DNA from: an uncultured bacterium
Lineage (GTDB): Bacteria > Chloroflexota > UBA5177 > JANWHV01
NCBI GenBank assembly: GCA_963729625.1
Contig: CAVSOU010000010.1
Location: 1,056,001-1,120,000, forward strand
Reading direction: 5' to 3'
Length of the DNA: 64,000 nt
The position numbers and the translations under genes were made by a program. The notes under the pieces were generated by a model. That model worked only from the letters and a program-made list of their open reading frames with translations. It had not been told where the DNA came from and searched no databases. Position 1 is the stretch's first letter. The number at the start of each line of letters is the position of its first letter. This document shows, in pieces, positions 28,118-38,432 of the stretch.

Positions 28118-29932
28118 ATGTCACGCCGACTGAGCCGAAGTGAGGTGCCGGTCGAGGAGACCTGGGACCTGTCTGATATCTACGAAACTCCCGACTTGTG
28201 GGTAGAAGACGCGGCGCATATTCGCGCGGATATCGATGCCCTTCTAGCCTATCGCGGGCGCCTCTCCGAAGGAGGCACGATCCTTCTACGCTGCCTTGAG
28301 GCCCAGGATGAACTGGCTGGGCGTCTGGACAGAGTGCGCATGTACCCCTACTTCGCGCTGAGTGCTGACGGCGAATGCCCTGAGAACCAGGCGATGGCCG
28401 CTCAGGCTGACACGCTTTCAGCACAGGCGAACGCGGCGCGGTCCTTCGTGATGAGCGAGCTACTTGCGCTGCCGGCAGGCACGATCGGGCGCTACCGGCG
28501 AGAGGTGCCGGGCCTGGCGCGCTACGATGCTTTGCTGGAGGAAATACTGGCCCGGCGACCGCATATCTTGCTGCCTGAAACTGAGAGGGTGTTGGCCGCA
28601 CTCGGCCAGACGTTGAAAGCGCCAGAGACGATCTGGAATGCGGCCACAGCCGTGGATATGGATTGCCCCGCGGCCCGTGATGCAGCCGGTGAGGAGTATC
28701 CAGTCTCGATCTCCGGCTTCGTGTTTGGGCACGCCTATTCCTCGGACCGTACACTGCGCGGTACGGCGTATGACGCACTGTCCGCTGGACTTGGCGGGGT
28801 GAAAGCCACGCTCGCAAACACCCTGGCAACGCACATCCAGCAGAATGTGGCCATGGCACGGCTACGCGGCTATGCTTCCGCGAGCGAAATGATCCTCGCC
28901 AGGCAGCAGGTGCCCGTGGACGTCTACAGCGCAGTACTCGACGTTGTGCACGACGCCATGGCCCCGCATGTGCGTCGGTTGGCTCGCCTCCGCGCTCGTC
29001 TCATCGGAGTGGAGCGGCTTGAGCGATACGATCTCGAAGCCCCGCTCGACACAAGCTATACGCCGGAGACGACGTTCGAAGAAGGCAAGCGTATTGTGCA
29101 GGACGCGCTGCGCATCCTCGGCGACGAGTACGGATCGCTGATCACCACGGCATTCCGTGATCGGTGGATCGACCGCGCCGACAACATCGGCAAGGGCAGC
29201 GGCGCCTACTGCTGGCCCGTCTATGGCGTTCATCCCTACGTCTTCACTACTTGGCGCAACACGCTGCGCAACGCGTTTACGCTCGCGCACGAGCTTGGCC
29301 ACGGCGGCCACTACACGGCAATTCTTCGGCACCAACCGATCAGCACGTTCAGACTCGAGCCACTCAGCCTTCTGCTGGAGGCGCCATCCACCGCGAATGA
29401 GCTGCTGCTTGCCGAGCACTTGTTGCGCGCCACCTCCGAACCGCAACTCCGTCGCTGGATCATTCTCCAGTCTCTGGGCACGTTCACGCACAACATGGTC
29501 ACACATTTGCTCGAAGGGCACTTTGAGCGGCGACTCTACGCGTTGGCCGAGGCGGGCATGCCCCTGACGCTGGCCACGATCATGGAGGTACAGGGTGATG
29601 TGTTTGAGCGCTTCTACGCCGGTACGGTCGCTATCGATGACAGGGCGCGGCTCTACTGGGCGCAGCAGCCGCATTTCTACATGAATCACTATTCGTACAC
29701 CTATGCCGCGGGCGTCGCCAGTGGCTATGCCGCCGTTCGCGCCATGTACTCCGAAGGCCAACCTGCCGTGGACCGCTGGCTCAACATGCTCACCGCCGGC
29801 AATTCGCTGCCTCCGATCGAGGCGTTACGCCGCGCCGGAATAGATATCACGAATCCAGACGTCCTGACGGAGGCGGCCAGCCGCTTTGGCACACTGATCG
29901 ACGAGCTCGCGCAGGGCTTTTCCCGCGACTAA
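28118..29932 (+). CDS. pepF: oligoendopeptidase F (M3B)
   Basis: RSEVPVEETWDLSDIY N-terminus, GKGSGAY, TLAHELGH (HExxH) and PHFY..YSYTYA motifs. Confidence 0.92.
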   Translation: MSRRLSRSEVPVEETWDLSDIYETPDLWVEDAAHIRADIDALLAYRGRLSEGGTILLRCLEAQDELAGRLDRVRMYPYFALSADGECPENQAMAAQADTLSAQANAARSFVMSELLALPAGTIGRYRREVPGLARYDALLEEILARRPHILLPETERVLAALGQTLKAPETIWNAATAVDMDCPAARDAAGEEYPVSISGFVFGHAYSSDRTLRGTAYDALSAGLGGVKATLANTLATHIQQNVAMARLRGYASASEMILARQQVPVDVYSAVLDVVHDAMAPHVRRLARLRARLIGVERLERYDLEAPLDTSYTPETTFEEGKRIVQDALRILGDEYGSLITTAFRDRWIDRADNIGKGSGAYCWPVYGVHPYVFTTWRNTLRNAFTLAHELGHGGHYTAILRHQPISTFRLEPLSLLLEAPSTANELLLAEHLLRATSEPQLRRWIILQSLGTFTHNMVTHLLEGHFERRLYALAEAGMPLTLATIMEVQGDVFERFYAGTVAIDDRARLYWAQQPHFYMNHYSYTYAAGVASGYAAVRAMYSEGQPAVDRWLNMLTAGNSLPPIEALRRAGIDITNPDVLTEAASRFGTLIDELAQGFSRD

Positions 29933-30015
29933 CGTGGTACCACCCCGGAACCCGCAGGGTGGTCACCAATCGGCGATGGAGTGGATGGCCGGTGTCACCT
30001 TGATCCGTATTTGGC

Positions 30016-33000
30016 TCACGGATTGTCCACGGCCGCCTCGTTGGAGCCCACGGGCGACGGCACCACGGCCACTACCCGATGGTCTGCCGTGCGGATGATG
30101 GTCACGGCGTTGCCGCCGATGCTGGCCACGTACACGTATTTTCCGTCCGCCGTCACGTCGGGGCCGTGCGGCTGCGCCGCCACCGGCAGCGTTGCGATGA
30201 CGTTGCGGCGCGCGGCATCGATCACGCTGACCTGGTTGCCCAGCTGATCGGCCACATACACGGTGCGCCCGTCCGGCGTCACCACCAGCAAGGCCGGGCC
30301 CTTCCCTACCGGGACGGTCGCCACCACCCGCAGCGTGCGCTCGTCGATGACCGAGACATCGTTGGCGGTCTGATTAGCGACCCAGACCTCGTGGCGCGGC
30401 CCATCCACGGCCACGCCGTAGGCGCCCGGCGCGGTGATCACGGTCCGGACCGGTGTGAGTGTCGTGGTGTCCACGGTGTAGATCCAGGCGCCGCCGGCGC
30501 AGGCCACGAACACGGTCTTGCCGTCTTCCGCGATGTCGATGCCATGGGGCTCGAAGCAGGTACCGTCGGGGAATTCGATCTGTTTGCTCTTGCCTGTCGT
30601 CAAATCGAGCACGGAGAGATCGTTGGAGCGGAAGTTCGTCACGAAGGCCCGCCGTTGATCGGGTGTGAAGACCACGTGGGCGGGTCCCAGGCCTACCGCA
30701 AAGGTGCGTACCACGCGCATGTCGCGCAGATCGATCTGGGACACCGTGCCGGGGTCGGCCCCGAAGTTGGTCACGAAGGCATAGGGTGTGCCGTCCAGTA
30801 CATCGACGCCGTGGGCCTGCACACCGGTATGCAGGACCGGCCCGCCCAGCTTGCGTACGCCGTTCGAGCCCATCTCCGTCACCAGCACCGTGTAGGGCAG
30901 GGCGCGGGAGAGCGCTAGGTTGTACGCCTGGCCGAGGTTGGTTGAACGTGCCGGCAGGCCCGCTGGATTGGTCCCGGTCCGCGGCGTGAGTAAACGCATG
31001 GATCCGCTCAGCGGCACGTAGTACGTGACCTGGTTGAGTGTGACCCAGGCACCGGCACGCTCTGCCTGGATGGTGAGACCCCAGCGGCCGTTCATGGGTG
31101 CGAAGGCGTTGTGCACGGCCCAGCGCCCGCCGCCCTGCGGCGTGGCCGGCAAGGTCAGGACGCCCATGTCCATGTCCAGCGATTGCGAGAGCAGGCGTAC
31201 CGCGGCGGCTTGCCCAATGCCGGTGAGCGTGAAGCTGTTTGGTGCGCTGATCAGGCCGGGCGACACTGTGGTGTTCACGGTGGACTGGCCAGACTGGTCC
31301 AGGAAGGAGGCGCCCGGCCCCACCAGGAACGCCAACGATAGGTCGCGGAACTCGCTCGGGTCGTCACGCGTGCGCACGAGCACGTCGGCGCGCCACTGTC
31401 CATTCTGGGCCAGGTCGCCCGTGCCGTCATAGCCTCCGGCAGTGGGCGTGGTCTCCACGAAGGTGTAGCCCAGGGACGGTTGTGCCGGCACGCTCAGTCT
31501 GATGCGCACCTGCCCGTCGGTCACTGCGCGGCCTCGCTTCTCCACGATCACGCGGAACTTCGTGCTGCCCAGGGCCGGCGGTGTGATCGTCAGTGTCGCC
31601 CGCAGCACGCCTACTGTGGTACTCCCGCCTATCGCACCAGGCGTCGCCACAGTGGGAGCAGACGTCGCCGACGCAGTTGGCGTGCCAGCAGTTGGCGTCG
31701 GCGTGCTAAAGACCGCGACGGCGGGCGCTGTCTGCCCCATCAACGCCACGCAGAGCAGGACTCCGGTGCCGAGCAGTGGCTCGATGCGCAGGCGGGCGGC
31801 CAGCGATGTGTACCCGCGTGCTGCAGCCGGAGCATCAGATGGTAGCGTTCGCAGCCTGGGGCGTGTCAGGAACACATGCGAGGCGCTGAGCAGCATGATC
31901 GCGCCGATCAGCGCCAGCTTCGCCAACAAGAACCGTCCATAGAGGGTCCCGGTGAGGCGGTCCAGACTGTCCAGATGGACCTGCGCGTTGAACATGCCCG
32001 TGAACGCAGCCGTGGCGACCGCGATGTAGGCGGCGGGCGAAAAGCGGTCCAGCAGCTGCAAGTAGGCGCGCCGGATCGCAGGTGCGCCCACCCGGCTGTC
32101 CGCCGTCAACGCGTGGAGCGCCGGGAGCAGCGCCAGGGCGATGGCCGCCATGCCACCGACCCAGAGGGCCATGGCGAGCAAGTGTAGCCAGTCGAGCAGT
32201 ATCGACGTCACCACCAGTTGTGGCACCGCCGCCGCGTGCCCGGAGCAAGCGATGGCCAGCAAGTAGGCTAGTCCCAGCGTGGTGACGGTCCAACTCACGA
32301 TAGCGCCGGGCGCATCGGTCGTCGTCTCGTCGAGCACGCGTCCGCCCGGCAGATGGCGTCGCGAACCCGCGCCTGCACCGGAGACGGGCCGGCGTGCCCC
32401 GGTTGCCTGGCGCAGGGGCCGGCCGGCCAGCGCGCCGCCCAGCGTTAACACCGCCAGGAAGGACAGCAGCATGCGTGCTAGCCAGTAGGTGCCGTACCGG
32501 GCGCTCAGGATGGCGTCCAGCGTAGTGGACGACGCCACGCCGCTCCAGCCGCTGGCGCCGTAGGCCTGCGTTTCCAGCTCCAGCAACGACGTCACCAGCG
32601 AGGCCAGCAGACCCAGCCGGGCCAGCAGCAGGCAGCGGCGACCGGCGGCCCGTGCGAGGGCGACGAGCGCGCCATGACTCGTGGCAGCGCGTGCGGGGAG
32701 CAGCACCAACACCAGCAGCAGCAGGGCACCGGTCCAGAGCGCCGAGGCCGCCAGCGCCAGCCAGTGTGCCAGCGCCGCCGCTACCGCTGTGCCGTCCAGC
32801 GTGGGGTTTTGCGGCGCGGCGATGGCGCCGACGGCGGCGCTTGGCGTCGTGGCGCCGGGCCCGCCGGCAGTGAAGGTGTAGAAGCCATGCAAGACATGGC
32901 CATCTTGCGCCGAATCGCTGGTCCAGAAGACCGAGCAGATCCCATCGGGTAGGGCCGGCAGCGTGACGTCCATCTGCTCGTTGTTCGCCGGGTCGACCCG

Positions 33001-33237
33001 GCCGGTATCCTGGTTGATCTGCCGGCCCTCTGCGTCGCGGATCTCGATGCGGGAGAGGGCCGGATTGAGTGCCTCATCGAACCAGAAGTGGTAGGTGGCG
33101 GCCTTCACCACGAGATGGCTATCCGGTGCCAACTCGGCGCGCACCAGATGGGCGTGGGCGGCCGCCTGTCCGGGAATGGCGAAGAGTGCGAGCACCACGG
33201 CGCACGCACTGAGACTCACGCGGCGGCATAGTGTCAT
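30016..33237 (-). CDS. copper uptake/resistance fusion: CopC + CopD + two YtkA/FixH-like domains + YVTN-type beta-propeller
   Basis: A|HAHLV..DGHVLHG (CopC); SGHAAA and DWLHLLAMALWVGG (CopD); LDMDMG; seven propeller repeats (e.g. YVADQLGNQVSVID). Confidence 0.85.
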   Translation of the reverse strand: MTLCRRVSLSACAVVLALFAIPGQAAAHAHLVRAELAPDSHLVVKAATYHFWFDEALNPALSRIEIRDAEGRQINQDTGRVDPANNEQMDVTLPALPDGICSVFWTSDSAQDGHVLHGFYTFTAGGPGATTPSAAVGAIAAPQNPTLDGTAVAAALAHWLALAASALWTGALLLLVLVLLPARAATSHGALVALARAAGRRCLLLARLGLLASLVTSLLELETQAYGASGWSGVASSTTLDAILSARYGTYWLARMLLSFLAVLTLGGALAGRPLRQATGARRPVSGAGAGSRRHLPGGRVLDETTTDAPGAIVSWTVTTLGLAYLLAIACSGHAAAVPQLVVTSILLDWLHLLAMALWVGGMAAIALALLPALHALTADSRVGAPAIRRAYLQLLDRFSPAAYIAVATAAFTGMFNAQVHLDSLDRLTGTLYGRFLLAKLALIGAIMLLSASHVFLTRPRLRTLPSDAPAAARGYTSLAARLRIEPLLGTGVLLCVALMGQTAPAVAVFSTPTPTAGTPTASATSAPTVATPGAIGGSTTVGVLRATLTITPPALGSTKFRVIVEKRGRAVTDGQVRIRLSVPAQPSLGYTFVETTPTAGGYDGTGDLAQNGQWRADVLVRTRDDPSEFRDLSLAFLVGPGASFLDQSGQSTVNTTVSPGLISAPNSFTLTGIGQAAAVRLLSQSLDMDMGVLTLPATPQGGGRWAVHNAFAPMNGRWGLTIQAERAGAWVTLNQVTYYVPLSGSMRLLTPRTGTNPAGLPARSTNLGQAYNLALSRALPYTVLVTEMGSNGVRKLGGPVLHTGVQAHGVDVLDGTPYAFVTNFGADPGTVSQIDLRDMRVVRTFAVGLGPAHVVFTPDQRRAFVTNFRSNDLSVLDLTTGKSKQIEFPDGTCFEPHGIDIAEDGKTVFVACAGGAWIYTVDTTTLTPVRTVITAPGAYGVAVDGPRHEVWVANQTANDVSVIDERTLRVVATVPVGKGPALLVVTPDGRTVYVADQLGNQVSVIDAARRNVIATLPVAAQPHGPDVTADGKYVYVASIGGNAVTIIRTADHRVVAVVPSPVGSNEAAVDNP

Positions 33238-33339
33238 ACAGGCTCTTCCTTCATGCGAGAGACGCGTGCTTGGGCCCTATCTGGAGGACCGCGGCAGCAG
33301 GCGGATACCCGCCTGCCGCCACATCACGGCGCCGGCCGG

Positions 33340-33726
33340 TCAGATGAGCGAGAAGGTGAACCAGCCTCCGGCGTGGTGACCGTCGTCGGCCGAGATGGTG
33401 TACCAGATCAGGGCATAGGAGCCCTTGGCCAGCTTGGGGACGGTCATGGTCATCTCATGCGCGTTCGAGAAGGAAACCTGGCTGTTCTCGTTATCGTCCT
33501 GACCATGATCGCCCGTGGTCTCGAAGATGCCGATGAAGCTCCCCTTGGGGTTGACCCCCTCGGCGAAAAAGCACTGCACCGCCTTGGGCATGACCTTGAG
33601 CTTGGCGCCGGGTGCGATGTTGCACTTCTGCAGGCTGGCGTGGGCCAGCGCCACGCGCGGCGCCAGGGCGCTCACGCCCAGGACCAAGGCCAGCGCGGCA
33701 AGCCAGCGAGTGAAATGGATGCGCAT
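33340..33726 (-). CDS. copC: CopC family copper-binding protein
   Basis: ATG 33726 after AGGAGG; signal peptide ALA|HASL and C-terminal WYTISADDGHHAGG. Confidence 0.88.
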   Translation of the reverse strand: MRIHFTRWLAALALVLGVSALAPRVALAHASLQKCNIAPGAKLKVMPKAVQCFFAEGVNPKGSFIGIFETTGDHGQDDNENSQVSFSNAHEMTMTVPKLAKGSYALIWYTISADDGHHAGGWFTFSLI

Positions 33727-33957
33727 GTGACTTCCTCCTGATCGAGATGCCCTTGAAGGGCTCATGTGAGGCAAGAGACGAGGTAGCCGTTATCGAGCAG
33801 CGCGCTGCCCGTTTGTCAGCCCGAGGTCATCGCGCTGCAGACCCGCAGCGACGCGGTGCAGTCAACCACCGGCCCACGCGATACCGTGCTGAGGCCAGGC
33901 AAATCCTGACCGGCTGCATGTGGCTTGTGTCGGCGGCGAGGGGTGGTGTGGCGACGC

Positions 33958-34737
33958 TCAGACCGGCGGCGGTCGCGAAAGCGCACCGGGGCCGCACAAG
34001 CGACTGAGCTGGGCTTGAAGCGGCACCACGGGGAAGTGAACGCGGCGCGGCGCCTGTAGGGCCCGTCTGAGCAGTCGGCGCAGTGCGCTGATCACTGCCT
34101 GCAGCGCCACCAAACGGTATTCGAGCCGCCAGACTAGCAGCGCAAGCAGGAGTGCCACCACGAGGTGCACGGGCAGGACAGGAAGCGTGCTCTGCACCGC
34201 CATGTCCATGGGCACGCTATGCATGCGCATGGCAACGGTCATCGGCAGGCAGCGCTCGGCGAGCGCGTACAGGGCGACCTGGCTTGCCAGGAGTGTCACG
34301 AACAGCGCAACCAGGCGTCCGCGGTGCAGCGGGGTTCGAGGTAGCGCCGGTGAGAGCACTGGCAGGTTCCGCGCGATCAGGGTGAGGCTGCGCTGCTGGT
34401 GACGCAGCGCGCGCAGTTCGCACCACACGGCGAGCAACGTCAGCAGAGCGGCGACGAACACCACCAGGAGTCCGCCCCGCACCGGGCAATGCGCCAGCAT
34501 GAATGCCAGCGACGCCTGCCGCCCGTCGACAGTACCCAACCCCACGTGGTATTCGACGACGTGGACGAGCGCCGCGCCCAGACCGGCAGAGCACAGCAGC
34601 GCGCCTGTCCCTGCGGTGAGCACAACCGTGCCGGCACCGGCGCGCATGCGCGGCAGCGGGAACCAGACGGCCTGTGCGAAACGGGTGCTTGAAGAAGCCG
34701 GCTCGGAGCGGGAAGGATCCATACTCATAGTATGCAT
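33958..34737 (-). CDS. membrane protein with a C-terminal RPPP motif (candidate arrest-peptide leader)
   Basis: About 4 hydrophobic segments, His/Cys/Met patches, ends ...LSRPPPV-stop, upstream of copC. Start uncertain (34737/34728/34722). Confidence 0.7.
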   Translation of the reverse strand: MHTMSMDPSRSEPASSSTRFAQAVWFPLPRMRAGAGTVVLTAGTGALLCSAGLGAALVHVVEYHVGLGTVDGRQASLAFMLAHCPVRGGLLVVFVAALLTLLAVWCELRALRHQQRSLTLIARNLPVLSPALPRTPLHRGRLVALFVTLLASQVALYALAERCLPMTVAMRMHSVPMDMAVQSTLPVLPVHLVVALLLALLVWRLEYRLVALQAVISALRRLLRRALQAPRRVHFPVVPLQAQLSRLCGPGALSRPPPV

Positions 34738-35186
34738 GGTTATCCGTTGTCACTTCGGGCACGCACCCGTGTAGCCTGCGCGAACGGCATCTTCACGGTT
34801 TGCTTGAGACCGCACACCCCCGCCGCGCCGCCGGCTATGCGGCCACATATCGCCCAAGCTTTGGGGCCAGAAAGCGATCAAGGTGACAGGCCGGCGCGTC
34901 CACGGCAGACGAAGACGTCCGCGCCCCCAGAATCGTGCCGTTCGATGGAGATCCCGTCGAGTCTTCACTCTGCCCCCCATGGCAGCGCCCGCGGGCGCTG
35001 CCGCCTCCGCACATGAAAACGCCGCTCGTCCGGCCGCAGCCGGCGAGCCCCCACCGCTGTGAGGATCGACTGCCATCCGCAGCTGGAGGCTATTTTTCAG
35101 CCTCGGCGCCATAGGCCTCCTTGGCAGCGGGTGTGACAGTGCGATAACCTCACCGTGCGCGTTAGAATTCGATTCCAGGGGGTATT

Positions 35187-36221
35187 GTGGCAATTCCACT
35201 GCTCAGCACGACACGAAACGAGGTCGTTGAGCGCCTGGAGCGCGGTCATTGCGTCATTGCCGATGCTTCGGGATCGGTCATCTGGTCCGTGGGCAACCCC
35301 GACCACGTCACGTACCTCCGATCTTCAGCCAAGCCCTTGCAGGCAGCCGCACTTGTGCTGAGCGGCGCCATCGAGCGTTTCGGTCTGGCCGACGCAAATG
35401 TCGCCGTAGCCTGCGGCTCGCACCGCGGTGAGCCGGGCCACGTGCGCGCTGTGCTGGACACGCTCAGCCGGGCCGGTGTAAGCCCCGACGCGCTCGGCTG
35501 CGGGACTCACCCGCTGAATCACGCCGAGGGTTTCCGGCTGGCGGCTGACGGGCAGACTCCCACGCCGCTGCACAACAACTGCTCAGGCAAACACGCGGGC
35601 ATGTTGGCGGCGGCCACCGCGCTTGGCGCTCCTATCGACACCTATCTGGATCCCGCTCATCCTGTCCAGCGGCAGATACTGGACACGGTGGCGACATGCG
35701 CCGGCGTGCCTGCCGCGTCCATACACGTGGGCATCGACGGCTGCAGCGCGCCCAACTTCGCACTGCCGATGCGCACGATAGCCCGCTGTTTCGCAAACAT
35801 CGCCAGGGCGAACGATTTGCCGGCGGACCTTTGCGGGGCGCTTGCGTGTGTGCGATCCGCCATGCAGGCCCAGCCATGGTTCGTCTCGGGCACCGGACAG
35901 TTCGACACGCTGGTCATGGACGCGATGCCGGGTGCAGTCATAGCGAAGGGCGGCGCTGAGGCACTGCATTGCGTCGCCCTGCCGAGCCTCGGCCTGGGTG
36001 TCGCGGTGAAGTTTGAGAGCGGCAGGCCCGACGGCATCGCGTCCATTGTGCTGGCAATCCTGCGTGCCGCAGGCGTCTTCGGGTCCAGTTTGCCCAGCAG
36101 CCTGCAACCCTTCTACCGGCCCGTGGTACTCAACCACCGAGAGATAGTCGTGGGAAGGACGCAGGTGCTCATCGATGAGGCACTGTCGAAACTTCGTGAG
36201 CTAAATCTCGCGCGGGCCTGA
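35187..36221 (+). CDS. L-asparaginase, Rhizobium etli-type (Asparaginase_II family)
   Basis: RSSAKPLQA, SHRGE, HNNCSGKHAG, DGCSAP and KGGAE motifs. Confidence 0.9.
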   Translation: MAIPLLSTTRNEVVERLERGHCVIADASGSVIWSVGNPDHVTYLRSSAKPLQAAALVLSGAIERFGLADANVAVACGSHRGEPGHVRAVLDTLSRAGVSPDALGCGTHPLNHAEGFRLAADGQTPTPLHNNCSGKHAGMLAAATALGAPIDTYLDPAHPVQRQILDTVATCAGVPAASIHVGIDGCSAPNFALPMRTIARCFANIARANDLPADLCGALACVRSAMQAQPWFVSGTGQFDTLVMDAMPGAVIAKGGAEALHCVALPSLGLGVAVKFESGRPDGIASIVLAILRAAGVFGSSLPSSLQPFYRPVVLNHREIVVGRTQVLIDEALSKLRELNLARA

Positions 36222-36359
36222 GTGGGTTCTCTTCGGCAGAATGTTAGGGGCAACCGGTACCAACATGGCGGGGCCATTAGGCTCTAGTGGCTCGCATCCG
36301 GAGTGATACGATTGCCACAGCTATGAGTTCGGCGCTCGAAGCACTGAGGAGGCAGCACA

Positions 36360-37565
36360 ATGTCGCCTGTCTTGTCGCACTCACCGGACGGAGACATTCC
36401 GGCAGTTGTGGAGCGCGGCGAGTTGCCGGCGCTCTTTGAGGCGCTGGTCACGCGTGGGTACGCCCTGATAGGGCCGACCGTGCGCGACAACGCCATTACA
36501 TACGGCGATCTGGCCACGGTCGATGACCTGCCAGTTGGCTGGACTGACGAGCAAAATGCAGGCACGTACCGGCTCGCGCACCGTGACGACGGCGCGCTGT
36601 TTGGCTATACCGTAGGACCCCACAGCTGGAAACAGCTGCTCTGGCCTCCGCGCGTGCAGCTGATGCGTGCCCGCCGTGAGAACGGCGTGCTGTCCTTCTA
36701 TCAGGATGACCCAGCGCCCGCAAAGATGGCCTTTATCGGTGTGCGCGCGTGCGAATTGCACGCGATGTCCATCCAGGACAAAGTGTTCTTGCAGGGGCAG
36801 TACCAGGATCCAATCTATGCGGCGCGGCGCGGCGGCGCGTTTATCGTCGCCGTGAACTGCGGCCTGGCGGGGGGGACCTGCTTTTGTGCCTCGATGCACA
36901 CCGGACCTCGCGCGGACGCCGGTTTTGACCTGGCGTTGACCGAGGTTCTGGAAGCCGGTCGGCACTACTTTGTGGTGGAGACGGGGTCAGACGCGGGACG
37001 CGAGGTGCTTCAGAATATCCCGAACCGCGGCGCGAGTCAGGCCGAGCAAGAGGCGGCCTCAGGTATCGTCGCCCGTACCGCTGAGTCGATGGGCCGCACG
37101 CTCGATATGGACGGCCTCCAGGAATTCCTGTACGCGAACCACGACAACCCGCGTTGGGACGCCGTGGCGGATCGCTGCCTGAGTTGCGCGAGCTGCACGA
37201 TGGTATGCCCGACCTGCTTCTGTATGTCGGTGGAGGATGTGACAGATCTGAAGGGCGGTATGGCCGAGCGTTATCGCGTGTGGGCGTCGTGCTTCAGCAT
37301 TTATTACTCATACATTCATGGCGGCAGCGTGCGACGGTCAGTGAAAGCCCGCTATCGCCAGTGGCTGACACACAAGCTCGCCACGTGGGCTGAACAATTT
37401 GGCGTTCCGGGCTGCGTGGGATGCGGCCGATGCATCACCTGGTGTCCGGTGAGCATCGACATTACCGAAGAGGTGCGAGCTATGCGGCCGAGCTCCGCTG
37501 AGCCGAACCTCGCAGGCCGGCACGGAGGGGCTGCCGCGCGGACTGGAAGGGGGAACGTTCAGTGA
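36360..37565 (+). CDS. hydB: group 3b [NiFe]-hydrogenase (sulfhydrogenase) beta subunit, 4Fe-4S
   Basis: [29 protein letters not shown] and [13 protein letters not shown] motifs. Confidence 0.88.
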   Translation: MSPVLSHSPDGDIPAVVERGELPALFEALVTRGYALIGPTVRDNAITYGDLATVDDLPVGWTDEQNAGTYRLAHRDDGALFGYTVGPHSWKQLLWPPRVQLMRARRENGVLSFYQDDPAPAKMAFIGVRACELHAMSIQDKVFLQGQYQDPIYAARRGGAFIVAVNCGLAGGTCFCASMHTGPRADAGFDLALTEVLEAGRHYFVVETGSDAGREVLQNIPNRGASQAEQEAASGIVARTAESMGRTLDMDGLQEFLYANHDNPRWDAVADRCLSCASCTMVCPTCFCMSVEDVTDLKGGMAERYRVWASCFSIYYSYIHGGSVRRSVKARYRQWLTHKLATWAEQFGVPGCVGCGRCITWCPVSIDITEEVRAMRPSSAEPNLAGRHGGAAARTGRGNVQ

Positions 37566-38431
37566 GCACGACCGTGCTGGAAGCTCGACCGGCTGACGCG
37601 GTGCAACCCATGCTGCCCAGACCGTATGTCGTTGCGCGCGTGCACAAGGACACGGCGGACACGTTTACGCTCGAAATCCACTCGCTCGACGGCCAGGGTC
37701 TCGTCTACGCCCCCGGCCAGTTCACGATGCTCTACGCGTTCGGCGTCGGCGAGGTGCCGATATCGATCAGCGGCGACCCCGCCAAGACCGATCCATTGGT
37801 GCAGACGATTCGCGCCGTGGGTCCCGTGTCGAAGGCGCTTACCGATGTAAAGCGCGACGAGATGATCGGCGTGCGTGGCCCGTTTGGCAGTCACTGGCCG
37901 GTCGAGGAGGCCGTGGATCATGATGTGCTGCTCATGGCCGGCGGCATCGGCTTGGCGCCACTTCGCCCTGCCCTCTACTACTTGCTCGCGCACCGCGACC
38001 GCTTCCGGCGTATCACGCTCCTCTACGGGAGCCGCACGCCCGCTGATCTCCTCTACCGTCAGGAGCTGGAGCGCTGGCGCGGACGACTCGATCTGGACGT
38101 GTCTGTGACGGTCGACAACGCCACCACGACCTGGCCGGTGTGGCGCGGCGGTGTCGGCGTGGTCACCACGCTCATCCCAAGGGCGCACTTCGATCCGGAT
38201 TCCACGATCGCCATGATTTGCGGGCCAGACATCATGATGCGCTACAGCGCCAGGGATTTGCAACAGCTCGGCGTGAGCGCTCAGAAGATTTTTCTGTCCA
38301 TCGAGCTCAACATGCAGTGCGGTATCGGCCTGTGCGGTCACTGCCAGTTCGGACCGACGTTTGTTTGCAAGAATGGACCGGTCTACCGCCTCGACAAGGT
38401 GGCCCACCTGCTGGCGAAACGGGAGATTTGA
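37562..38431 (+). CDS. hydG: group 3b hydrogenase gamma subunit (FAD/NAD(P)-binding, 2Fe-2S)
   Basis: [30 protein letters not shown] and [12 protein letters not shown] motifs. Confidence 0.88.
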   Translation: MSTTVLEARPADAVQPMLPRPYVVARVHKDTADTFTLEIHSLDGQGLVYAPGQFTMLYAFGVGEVPISISGDPAKTDPLVQTIRAVGPVSKALTDVKRDEMIGVRGPFGSHWPVEEAVDHDVLLMAGGIGLAPLRPALYYLLAHRDRFRRITLLYGSRTPADLLYRQELERWRGRLDLDVSVTVDNATTTWPVWRGGVGVVTTLIPRAHFDPDSTIAMICGPDIMMRYSARDLQQLGVSAQKIFLSIELNMQCGIGLCGHCQFGPTFVCKNGPVYRLDKVAHLLAKREI

Positions 38432-38432
38432 G

